From: Acidimicrobiales bacterium | Lineage (GTDB): Bacteria; Actinomycetota; Acidimicrobiia; Acidimicrobiales; SZUA-35 | Assembly (NCBI GenBank): GCA_965216655.1 | Contig: CBDCGP010000002.1 | Span: 8,482-72,481 of the forward strand | Length of the DNA stretch: 64,000 nt | Direction: 5' to 3' | Shown here: one piece after another, positions 55,341 through 63,721 of the stretch | How the letters are laid out: each line of letters starts with the position of its first letter | Numbering within the stretch: the stretch's first letter is position 1 | Notes under the pieces: model-generated | The model's input: the letters and a program-made list of their open reading frames with translations, nothing else | Told to the model about the DNA's origin: nothing | The model's database searches: none | Program-made: the position numbers and the translations under genes

Positions 55341-56483
55341 GTGATGGCCGAGACGAAGCAGCGGTGGACGTTCCAGTGGAAAGAGCTCTACTCGGAGGTG
55401 ATCACGTCGGGGTTGTGCACCGGGTGTGCCGGGTGCGTGATCGCCTGCCCCCACGACGTCATCGGCTACAAGCACGAACCCGGTGCGTACACCCCGTTCC
55501 ATCTGGAAGACGAGCTCGGTCCGGACAACTGTGGCCACGGTGAGAACGGCTGCACCCTCTGCACGAGAGCCTGTCCCCGATTCCGGTCCTGGGAGACCGA
55601 GGCCGACGAGCATCTCCACGGCCGCACCCGGGAAGACGACGAGATGTCGGGTATCTACAAGGACATTCTGTTGGTTCGGGCCGCGGACGACTCCGTCTAC
55701 GACGCCGGCCAGGACGGCGGGCTCGTGTCGGCCATCCTCATCTGGTGCCTGGAGAACAACATCGTCGACGGCGCACTCGTATCGACCCTGGAAGGCGGCA
55801 CCGGGGGATGGAAGGCCAAACCGGCAGTGGCAACCAACCGGGAGGAGGTGCTCGCCGGAGCCGGCAGCCGCTACACCTACTCGGCTAACACCATGGCCTA
55901 CAACGAAGCCGTCGAGCGAGGGCTCGAAAGCCTGGCCCTGGTGGGCATGAGCTGCCAGACGTCGATCGGTCCCGTCATGTGGCACCGACGGGCCGGCAAG
56001 GTGTCGAAGCCGATCAAACTCAACATCGGTCTGCTGTGTTCGAAGAGCTTCGACGACTCGATGTTCGACGAACTGTTCCTCCTCAAGTACGGGCTCCGCA
56101 AGGAGAACATCGTCAAGATGAACATCAAGGGTGTCTTCCAGGTGTGGATGGACAACGGCGACTACCACGAGATCAACCTGAAGGAATGCCACGCTTGGAC
56201 CCGGGAGGGGTGCAACCACTGCCCGGACTTCGCCGCCGAACACGCCGACATCTCCACCGGCGGCATCGGCAACGAGACCGACTGGACGCTCACGATCGTG
56301 CGAACCGATCTGGGGCGGGCGGTGATCGACGCGATGATCAACGACGGGGTGATCGAGACCCGCCCTGGTGACGACGACCCCGCGGCGATCGCCCTGATGC
56401 ATCGGCTGGCGGAGAACAGCAGAAAACGGTGGCCCACCTGGGCCAACGGCGAGGCCCGGGTCGGCATCACCGCCAAGGCGTGA
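55341..56483 (+). CDS. coenzyme F420 hydrogenase/dehydrogenase beta-subunit (FrhB/FdhB) family protein
   Basis: N-terminal ferredoxin-like CTGCAGCVIACP and CTLCTRACP. FrhB-like GQDGGLVSAIL and SRYTYS. Confidence 0.7.
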   Translation: MMAETKQRWTFQWKELYSEVITSGLCTGCAGCVIACPHDVIGYKHEPGAYTPFHLEDELGPDNCGHGENGCTLCTRACPRFRSWETEADEHLHGRTREDDEMSGIYKDILLVRAADDSVYDAGQDGGLVSAILIWCLENNIVDGALVSTLEGGTGGWKAKPAVATNREEVLAGAGSRYTYSANTMAYNEAVERGLESLALVGMSCQTSIGPVMWHRRAGKVSKPIKLNIGLLCSKSFDDSMFDELFLLKYGLRKENIVKMNIKGVFQVWMDNGDYHEINLKECHAWTREGCNHCPDFAAEHADISTGGIGNETDWTLTIVRTDLGRAVIDAMINDGVIETRPGDDDPAAIALMHRLAENSRKRWPTWANGEARVGITAKA

Positions 56484-56530
56484 CCGGCCGCTCCCGGCCG
56501 AGCTCGACCCGCCGATTCACGATTCTTCGG

Positions 56531-58351
56531 CTACAGGAAGCTGTCGGTGAGGATGTCGGCGATCCGGGTTGCCATGTCGTGGGCGAACGCCTCCGTGACC
56601 CCGATGGGGGTGACCTGGATGGTCTCGTTGAGATGATTGGTAACCGAGCCGGTTCCATCCGGCTCGATCTGCAGCACCGACCCGCAGGGTCGGGTCAGCT
56701 CCTCGAGGGAGTCGGCCAGGATGATGTAGCCGGGGCTCAGGCCCGTTTCGCCACGGCCGAGATCGAGGTCGTCGAGGTCGGTGTCGGCGTCGATGACGAC
56801 CGCTGGATGCTCTGCGGTGAGGCTTGGGTCGGAGACCTCGGAGACCTCGGTGATGTCAACGACCTCGGCGATCTCGGTGGCATCGACTCCGGCCTCGGGA
56901 TCGTCAGCGTCGGCCGCTTCCTCGAACGAGGCGCGACGAGCGGCCTCCTCCGCTCGGGCGCCGTCGGCTCCATCGACGACCGTGACCACATAGGAGCTGT
57001 CGGGCCGCTCCGTCATGATCGGCGGCAGCGCCCGAGTCCAGTTCCAACTCGTGGCCGTGTTCTTTCCCGACCGGATGGCGAACTGGATCTCGCCGGGCAT
57101 CGACAGCGCCGCCAACGACAGGATGGCGTGGCGGCAGGCGGCCATACGAGCCGCCCGTTTCCCCACGATTCCCAACGGACCGTAGAGGAGGTTGGCGGTG
57201 ACGGGTACCCACGGCAGCAGACTCATCTCCACGATCGGCTCGTGGAGAACCTCGGGAATCAGTTCCGGGTTGTCGAACCTCGGCTCCCAGGGAATGTTGG
57301 CGTAGCCGACCCCGAATCGCCCGAACAGCGAGTGGTCGGTGCTGCGCTCCCACAGGCCCGGGTCGAGGCGTGACAACCGGGTCTTGAGCTCCTCGGGGTC
57401 GGGATGCATCAGCCGGTGACGCTCTGCCACCACCGACCGGGTCTGGCGGATCGACTGGAGGAACGCCCATGCGTCGGGGCCGACCGATCCCCGGGTGAGC
57501 GGGTTGCGGTTGATGATCGTGCCCAGACGTGATCCCGTCAGCTGGTCCGGCGGCAGAGGCTCCTCGACGCCGATCGGTGGTACGTGAACGGCGGAAATCG
57601 ATGCAAAGGCGGCGCCGACCAGCTCCATCCGGGATTCGCTGCTGGCCGGCGGTCGGGGGCGACGGACCGAGAAGCAGGCGCTCGACACGTTGAGGAGGGC
57701 ATCACCGATCAGCATCGGCTCGCTCACCTCAACCTCGTCGATGACGGCCCTCGCCGAACCGGGATGGACGACGACCTCTCCGGTTTCCAACACTCGAAGC
57801 GAGAAGGATCCGCCTTCGTTCGACTCGTTGAACTCGAACGCTCGACCGACGGGGAGTTTCATCATCGATCCGGCGGTCAGCCCCGCCACCTGGCGCATCT
57901 CGAGATAGGCCTCGTCGTCGATCTGCTGAGCGGCCTCGGTGGCCCCGGGGTCCTCGCCGAGGTCGGGGAGCGCGCCGGCGTCGGCATCGACGGTTGAAGC
58001 CTCGTCGGTCTCGGCATCGACGGCTTCTGGTTGGTCGTCGGCGTTCGGAGACTCGGCACCGCCATCGTGCTGCTCGACGGTTGAAATCGTGTTCGGACCG
58101 TTGGGCGCGACCTTGTCGAATTCACCGGTCACGGAGCCGAGAATGACGGTTTCGACGTCGCCTTCCTCCGACGCCTCCTCGTCGGGGTCGGTCTGCTGCA
58201 CCTCGTCAGTCGTCAAGATCAAACTCCATTGCCGCCGTGTTACCCGCCCGCCCGACCGGGAAACGCTCTGTCGGTCATTGTAGGCAGCCCGAACAGGACG
58301 GTTTAGTGCGAACGTGAAGGTTTCGTCAGAGCGGCGCGGAGATCGAGGCAC
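56531..58351 (-). CDS. acidic hypothetical protein with an FHA-like segment
   Basis: 606-aa ORF with acidic low-complexity ends. Central VVVHPGSARAVIDEVEVSEPMLIGDALLNVSSACFSV is FHA-like. The start is uncertain because the ORF overlaps the tag stop by 49 nt. Confidence 0.5.
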   Translation of the reverse strand: MPRSPRRSDETFTFALNRPVRAAYNDRQSVSRSGGRVTRRQWSLILTTDEVQQTDPDEEASEEGDVETVILGSVTGEFDKVAPNGPNTISTVEQHDGGAESPNADDQPEAVDAETDEASTVDADAGALPDLGEDPGATEAAQQIDDEAYLEMRQVAGLTAGSMMKLPVGRAFEFNESNEGGSFSLRVLETGEVVVHPGSARAVIDEVEVSEPMLIGDALLNVSSACFSVRRPRPPASSESRMELVGAAFASISAVHVPPIGVEEPLPPDQLTGSRLGTIINRNPLTRGSVGPDAWAFLQSIRQTRSVVAERHRLMHPDPEELKTRLSRLDPGLWERSTDHSLFGRFGVGYANIPWEPRFDNPELIPEVLHEPIVEMSLLPWVPVTANLLYGPLGIVGKRAARMAACRHAILSLAALSMPGEIQFAIRSGKNTATSWNWTRALPPIMTERPDSSYVVTVVDGADGARAEEAARRASFEEAADADDPEAGVDATEIAEVVDITEVSEVSDPSLTAEHPAVVIDADTDLDDLDLGRGETGLSPGYIILADSLEELTRPCGSVLQIEPDGTGSVTNHLNETIQVTPIGVTEAFAHDMATRIADILTDSFL

Positions 58352-58929
58352 TTGCGACGGGACACACAGCCCTCGAGGTGGTCGTTGACGATGCCCATGG
58401 CCTGCATGCCGGCATACGCGGTGGTGGGTCCGACGAAACGGAAGCCGAGCTTCTTGAGCTCCTTGCTCAACGCGGTCGACTCGGAGGTCGTGGCCGGAAC
58501 GTCGGCCAACGACCGCGGAGTTCGATGATCGGCCGGTTCGTGGCTCCAGGTGATTCCGGCCAGCGTTTCACCGGACTCCCACAGCTCGAGCATGCGGCGG
58601 GCGTTGTTGATCGTGGCCTCGATCTTGCCGCGGTGGCGAATGATGGCGGCGTTCCCGAGCAGCCGCTCGATGTCGTCGGAGGTGTAGGCGGCGACCGCGG
58701 GGGCGTCGAAGTCGTCGAACGCCTCCCTGAACGCCTCCCGCTTTCGCAGGATGGTCAACCACGACAATCCGGACTGGAACCCCTCGAGGCAGAGCTTTTC
58801 GAACAGGGTGCGTTGGTCGGTGGTCGGCTCGCCCCATTCGTCGTCGTGGTAGGCGATGTAGTCGGGGGTGCTGACACCCCACGGGCATCGGGCCACGCCG
58901 TGCTCGTCGACGTGGAGGTCGGGGTTCAC
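58303..58929 (-). CDS. tag: DNA-3-methyladenine glycosylase I
   Basis: RCPWG...YHDDEWGEP...LEGFQSGLSWLTILRKR. The GTG start forms a GTGA overlap with the upstream stop. Confidence 0.85.
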   Translation of the reverse strand: MNPDLHVDEHGVARCPWGVSTPDYIAYHDDEWGEPTTDQRTLFEKLCLEGFQSGLSWLTILRKREAFREAFDDFDAPAVAAYTSDDIERLLGNAAIIRHRGKIEATINNARRMLELWESGETLAGITWSHEPADHRTPRSLADVPATTSESTALSKELKKLGFRFVGPTTAYAGMQAMGIVNDHLEGCVSRRKCLDLRAALTKPSRSH

Positions 58930-59276
58930 GACGCCACCTCCGGATCGTCGTCGGCCACGATCGTCGGTAGCTGATCGGGCATCAGGGCGGTGCCGCTGCG
59001 ACGCTGCTGATCGATGAGATCCCGATCGCAGTGCCAGCACAGATGCTCGGCCGTCGTCGACACGATCGAGAGCTGCGTGCCCCGCGACTTCTCGATCACG
59101 GCGACCGGTGCGGCGTAGATGTCGGTGGACCCACACCTCGGGCAGCTGACCCTGGGGTCGCGGTCCCAGATGGTGTCGCAGGCACCACACGCAATGCGGA
59201 TCAGTTCCCCGTGCCGTTCGCCGACGAGATCGTCGGTTTCACCGCAGTCGGGGCACGCAATGTCGTCGGCGCTCAC
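58926..59276 (-). CDS. small protein with four CxxC pairs (double zinc-ribbon-like)
   Basis: CPDCG, CGAC, CPRCG and CWHC in 116 aa. GTG start at 59276. Confidence 0.5.
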   Translation of the reverse strand: MSADDIACPDCGETDDLVGERHGELIRIACGACDTIWDRDPRVSCPRCGSTDIYAAPVAVIEKSRGTQLSIVSTTAEHLCWHCDRDLIDQQRRSGTALMPDQLPTIVADDDPEVAS

Positions 59277-59344
59277 CCCCTCATCGTAGTGCCGGCCTGC
59301 GTCAGTCGACCCGGGTCGTGTTGCCGCCCTAGACCGGGGCTGAG

Positions 59345-60580
59345 GTGTTAGCGTTGTGTTCCTTGAGCCGCACCATAGTTGATCGCCCGGGCCCCGGTGG
59401 TCCGGTCCCGCCGACGCGACCACACGTCCGCCGCCGCCGCAGCCCGATCCGGCGGGCACTTGTCGTGTTCGGCGTGATCATCCTGTTGATTGCGATCCTC
59501 ATCGGAGGATGGGGGTTCCGCCGCTATCGCCAGTTCGAGTTCGTCGAGGTTCCGGGTCTCGGCGCTCCCGAGATGACGTCGGAGGGGGGAGAGGTTTCCG
59601 GTTCGGTTCCGGCCAACTGGCTTCTGGTCGGAACCGACAGTCGGGAAGGGGTTGATCCCGGTTCCGACGACTTCATCGGCGATGCCGGTGAGGTACCGGG
59701 GCAACGAGCAGACACGATCATGGTCGCCCGCGTCGACTCGGCCACGCAGTCGGTCGACCTGCTTTCCGTGCCCCGTGACCTGTGGGTGCCGATCGTCGGT
59801 GACGGCGAGGGCCGGGTGAACGGCGCGTTCAACGGGCCGGGCGGCCGGGAGCGGCTCGTGCTCACGGTCGAGAACCACCTCGGCATCCACATCAATCACT
59901 ACACCGAGATCAACTTCGGCGGGTTCCAATCGATGGTCACCGCGCTCGGGGGAGTTCCGATCTGGTTCGACACCCCGATGCGGGACGCGGGCTCGGGCCT
60001 CAACATCGTCGACACCGGCTGTCACCTCCTCAACGGGCCCCAGGCTCTGTCGTACGCCCGATCACGCCAAGCGGAGATGTTCGTGAACGGCGAGTGGATT
60101 CCTGAGGGAACCGGGGATCTCGGCCGGACGGCCCGCCAACGCCAGTTCCTCACCAGCGTCGCCGCCACGGCGTCGACGAAGGCCAACGTCGGCGGAATCC
60201 TGACGATGGATCGCCTCATCGGCTCGGCCGCCGATCACATGGTGGTGGCCGACGGAGCCGGCGTCTCCGACGTGGCCGATCTGGCCCGCACCTTCGCCGC
60301 TGCCAACGGAGGCCGGTTCACCACTCACACGCTGCCGGTGTCGGACTGGGTGACGCCGGGAGGGGCCCAGGTTCTGTTGCTCGACGAGGCGGCCGCCCAG
60401 CCGATCCTCGACGTGTTCCGGGTCGACGGTCAGGAGCCGCCGAACAACCAGACGCTGTCCGGGGATCAGACGATCCCGGAGGCGAAGTCCGGGGCCGTGG
60501 TGGGACTGTCGGTGGACGACCTGGCATCGTCCGCCATCCCCGGTGTTACCCAGGTGGATTGCGCCGGTCAGGGTTCGTGA
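59345..60580 (+). CDS. LytR-CpsA-Psr (LCP) family cell-envelope phosphotransferase
   Basis: TM anchor, LLVGTDSREG, ADTIMVARVD, LLSVPRDLWVPI. Confidence 0.85.
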   Translation: MLALCSLSRTIVDRPGPGGPVPPTRPHVRRRRSPIRRALVVFGVIILLIAILIGGWGFRRYRQFEFVEVPGLGAPEMTSEGGEVSGSVPANWLLVGTDSREGVDPGSDDFIGDAGEVPGQRADTIMVARVDSATQSVDLLSVPRDLWVPIVGDGEGRVNGAFNGPGGRERLVLTVENHLGIHINHYTEINFGGFQSMVTALGGVPIWFDTPMRDAGSGLNIVDTGCHLLNGPQALSYARSRQAEMFVNGEWIPEGTGDLGRTARQRQFLTSVAATASTKANVGGILTMDRLIGSAADHMVVADGAGVSDVADLARTFAAANGGRFTTHTLPVSDWVTPGGAQVLLLDEAAAQPILDVFRVDGQEPPNNQTLSGDQTIPEAKSGAVVGLSVDDLASSAIPGVTQVDCAGQGS

Positions 60581-60599
60581 TCCCCCCCGGTCGGACCGG

Positions 60600-61205
60600 T
60601 CAGCTCAACAGGGTGATGAGATCGTCGACGACCTCGGCCGGTGAACCGTCGTCGGGTGTGTATCGACGCGCCGGATTCAGCGGTGCCTCGTAGGGGTCGT
60701 CGATACCGGTCATACCGGTGATCTCCCCGGCCCGAGCCCGGGCGTAGAGGCCCTTCGGGTCACGCTGTTCGCAGATCTCGAGCGGCGTGTCGACGAAGAT
60801 CTCGAGGAACGGCAGCTCGGCCGCGTCGTGGATGTCGCGGGCCAGTTGCCGAGCCGCCCGGTAAGGGCTGATTAGAGGAACCACCGCTACCACGCCGGCG
60901 TCGGCAAAGAGGCGGGCGACGTGGGCGACCCGCCGGACGTTCTCGTCACGGTCGGCGGCGGAGAACCCGAGGTCACCGTTGAGGCCGTGGCGGATGTTGT
61001 CGCCGTCGAGGAGGTAGGCGGGCCGACCGGCGGCGAGCAGGCGGCGCTCGAGTTCAACGGCGATGGTCGACTTGCCCGAGCCCGACAGGCCCGTCAGCCA
61101 CACGGTCGCTCCCGCTCCCGCCGCGGCCCAGCGGTCGGCGCGATCGACGGCGCTGGCGTGCCACACCGTGTTCTCGGTCCTCATGATCTTCTCCCCGACG
61201 GCCAC
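60600..61205 (-). CDS. cysC: adenylyl-sulfate kinase
   Basis: VWLTGLSGSGKSTIA and LDGDNIRHGLN. Confidence 0.9.
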   Translation of the reverse strand: MAVGEKIMRTENTVWHASAVDRADRWAAAGAGATVWLTGLSGSGKSTIAVELERRLLAAGRPAYLLDGDNIRHGLNGDLGFSAADRDENVRRVAHVARLFADAGVVAVVPLISPYRAARQLARDIHDAAELPFLEIFVDTPLEICEQRDPKGLYARARAGEITGMTGIDDPYEAPLNPARRYTPDDGSPAEVVDDLITLLS

Positions 61206-61214
61206 CGCAGGCCG

Positions 61215-62468
61215 TCAGTCGGTGCCCCGGATCATGCCTGCGCCGACGGTGACGTTGGTGTTCTCGTCGACGAGGATGAAGCTTCCCGTCATCCGGTTCA
61301 CCTGGTATTCGTCGGCGAAGAGGGGCTGGGTGACCCGCAGGCGGACCCGGCCGATCTCGTTGAGGCCCAGTGCTGTGGCCTCTTCATCGCGGTGGAGCGT
61401 GTTGATGTCGAGCCGGTAGCGCAGATCCTTGACGAGCGCCCTGGCCCACTTGGTGGTGTGCTTGATGGCAAGCTTCGACCCCTCGGTCAGCTGGGACGCG
61501 TCGGACATCCAACACACCATGGCCTCGAGGTCCTGGGTCACCGATGGCTGATTGTTGACCCGGCACAGCATGTCGCCCCGGCTGACATCGAGTTCGTCGG
61601 CCAGTTGCACGACCACCGACATCGGCGCCACGGCCTGCTCGACCGGGCCGTCGGGGCCGTGGATCGCGGAGATCGTGGTGGTGAACCCGGATGGGAGAAC
61701 AGCCACCTCGTCGCCCGGCTTCATCACACCGCCGGCGACCGATCCGGCGTATCCCCGGAAGTCGTGGTGCTCGGTACTCTGGGGCCGGATGACGAACTGG
61801 ACCGGGAACCGAACGTCGACCATGTTCACATCGGAGCCGATGTAGACCTCCTCCAGATGGTGGAGGAGGGTGGCGCCGTTGTACCAGTCCATGTTCGCCG
61901 ACCGGTCGACCACGTTGTCGCCGTGAAGGGCCGAGATCGGGATGAAGGCGAGGTCGGGCACGTCGAGGCGGGACGCGAACTCGATGTATTCGCTGCGGAT
62001 CCGGTTGAAGGTGTCCTGGTCGTAGTCGACGAGGTCCATCTTGTTGACGGCCAGCACCAGATGGGGGATGCGCAGCAGGCTGGCGATGAACGAGTGGCGG
62101 CGGGACTGCTCGGTGAGGCCCTTGCGGGCGTCGACGAGGATGATCGCCAGGTCGGCGGTGGAGGCCCCGGTGACCATGTTGCGGGTGTACTGGATGTGGC
62201 CGGGGGTGTCGGCGATGATGAACTTGCGTCGGGGAGTGGTGAAGTAGCGGTAGGCGACGTCGATCGTGATGCCCTGCTCCCGCTCGGCCCGCAGACCGTC
62301 GGTGAGGAGGGCGAGGTTGGTGTGTTCGTCGCCTCGTTCGGCCGACGTGGCCTCGATCGATTCGAGCTGATCCTCGAAGATCGACTTCGAGTCGTAGAGC
62401 AGCCGCCCGATGAGCGTGCTCTTGCCGTCGTCAACGGATCCGGCGGTGGCTAGTCGTAGGAGATCCAC
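61215..62468 (-). CDS. cysN: sulfate adenylyltransferase subunit 1 (GTPase)
   Basis: GSVDDGKSTLIGRLL, DTPGH, NKMD. GTG start with GGAAGGGG 6 nt upstream. Confidence 0.9.
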   Translation of the reverse strand: MDLLRLATAGSVDDGKSTLIGRLLYDSKSIFEDQLESIEATSAERGDEHTNLALLTDGLRAEREQGITIDVAYRYFTTPRRKFIIADTPGHIQYTRNMVTGASTADLAIILVDARKGLTEQSRRHSFIASLLRIPHLVLAVNKMDLVDYDQDTFNRIRSEYIEFASRLDVPDLAFIPISALHGDNVVDRSANMDWYNGATLLHHLEEVYIGSDVNMVDVRFPVQFVIRPQSTEHHDFRGYAGSVAGGVMKPGDEVAVLPSGFTTTISAIHGPDGPVEQAVAPMSVVVQLADELDVSRGDMLCRVNNQPSVTQDLEAMVCWMSDASQLTEGSKLAIKHTTKWARALVKDLRYRLDINTLHRDEEATALGLNEIGRVRLRVTQPLFADEYQVNRMTGSFILVDENTNVTVGAGMIRGTD

Positions 62469-62470
62469 GT

Positions 62471-62602
62471 TCAGCCCCTTCCTGGCCCATAGGTGGCGGT
62501 TTGCGGGCGGGAGTTTCGGCGGACGCCGAAACTCGGGGTGAGGCCCTCCGGGCCGAGCACGTCGTCAACGGATCCGGCAGTTGCGAGTCTCAGAAGATCC
62601 AT
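62471..62602 (-). pseudogene. 43-codon stub ORF beginning with a second copy of the cysN N-terminus
   Basis: The ATG lies 2 nt after the cysD stop. It encodes MDLLRLATAGSVDD, identical to the cysN N-terminus, followed by 29 unrelated codons and a TGA. It lacks the GKST P-loop. Confidence 0.5.
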
Positions 62603-62604
62603 GA

Positions 62605-63510
62605 TTAGAAGTAGCCCTCCTTCTTGCGGTCTTCCATGGCGGCCTCGCTCGTGCGGTCGTCGGCCCGGGTGGCTCCCCGCTCGGTGATCCGGGTGGCGGA
62701 CACCTCCTCGATGATCTTGTCGATCGAGTCGGCCGGCGACTCGACGGCGCCGGTGCAGGTGGCGTCGCCGATCGTGCGGAACCGGACCTTACGGGTTTCA
62801 ACCGTCTCGCCCTCCATCGGCTGCAGGAACTCGGTGACGCCCAACCACATGCCGTCACGCAGGAACACCTCACGATCGTGCGACAGGTAGACGTGGGGCA
62901 CCTCGATCTCGGCATCACGGATGTAGTGCCACACGTCGAGCTCGGTCCAGTTTGAGATCGGGAACACCCTCATGTGTTCGCCGGCGTTGTAGCGACCGTT
63001 GTAGAGGTTCCACAATTCGGGGCGTTGACCCTTCGGGTCCCACTGGCCGAACTCGTCGCGGAAGCTGTAGACGCGTTCCTTGGCCCGGGCCTTCTCCTCG
63101 TCTCGGCGGGCGCCACCGAAGAGGGCGTCGAACCGGTTGGACTCGATGGCGTCGAGCAGCACGCTGGTCTGCAACCGGTTTCGTGATGCACGCGGGCCGG
63201 TGACGTCCTGGATCTTGCCCGCATCGATGGCCTCCTGGACCGAGGCCACCACCAGGCGGAGGTTGTTCTCGGCCACCACGCGGTCGCGGAAGGCGATGAC
63301 TTCGGGAAAGTTGTGCCCCGTGTCGACGTGCATGATCGGGAACGGCAGGGGAGCGGGGGCGAAGGCCTTGAGGGCCAGGTGGAGGACGATGATCGAGTCC
63401 TTGCCGCCGGAGAACAGGAGCGCAGGTCGCTCGAACTCCGCCGCCACTTCCCTGATGATGAAGATGGCTTCCGCCTCGAGATTCGAGACATGTGAGAGTC
63501 GGGTAGTCAT
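62605..63510 (-). CDS. cysD: sulfate adenylyltransferase subunit 2
   Basis: PP-loop LLFSGGKDS and RTIGDATCTG. Confidence 0.9.
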   Translation of the reverse strand: MTTRLSHVSNLEAEAIFIIREVAAEFERPALLFSGGKDSIIVLHLALKAFAPAPLPFPIMHVDTGHNFPEVIAFRDRVVAENNLRLVVASVQEAIDAGKIQDVTGPRASRNRLQTSVLLDAIESNRFDALFGGARRDEEKARAKERVYSFRDEFGQWDPKGQRPELWNLYNGRYNAGEHMRVFPISNWTELDVWHYIRDAEIEVPHVYLSHDREVFLRDGMWLGVTEFLQPMEGETVETRKVRFRTIGDATCTGAVESPADSIDKIIEEVSATRITERGATRADDRTSEAAMEDRKKEGYF

Positions 63511-63690
63511 TCACTTCCTTCTGTGATTCCGGACCGACACGAGAAAGCGGGCCAAGGGCCCGTTGATCCTGTGCGGCGGCGGCACCGCCGACCGGGTGAC
63601 TTGGTGGGTGGCCGGCGGCCAACCTGGTGGCGGTGCCCACCAGCGTAGTACGGCCGACTCTCCTATCGGACAGATGATTTTACCCCTTAG
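63511..63690 (-). promoter_or_regulatory. structured 5' leader of cysD with a -10-like TAAAAT and a terminator-like hairpin
   Basis: On the minus strand: TAAAAT (63677-63682), hairpins CTGGTGG-GCACCG-CCACCAG and TGGCCG-C-CGGCCA, then GGGCC-CTT-GGCCC followed by GCTTTCT. Confidence 0.3.
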
Positions 63691-63721
63691 GTCGGCCGCC
63701 GATTCGGTCGAAGTTCTGACC

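Noticed and set aside
55329-56402. 357-aa minus-strand ORF antisense to the FrhB-like gene
   Set aside because: It is a shadow ORF. The plus frame has Fe-S and FrhB motifs.
60921-62453. 510-aa plus-strand ORF antisense to cysC/cysN
   Set aside because: It is a shadow ORF opposite two genes with unmistakable P-loop and GTPase motifs.
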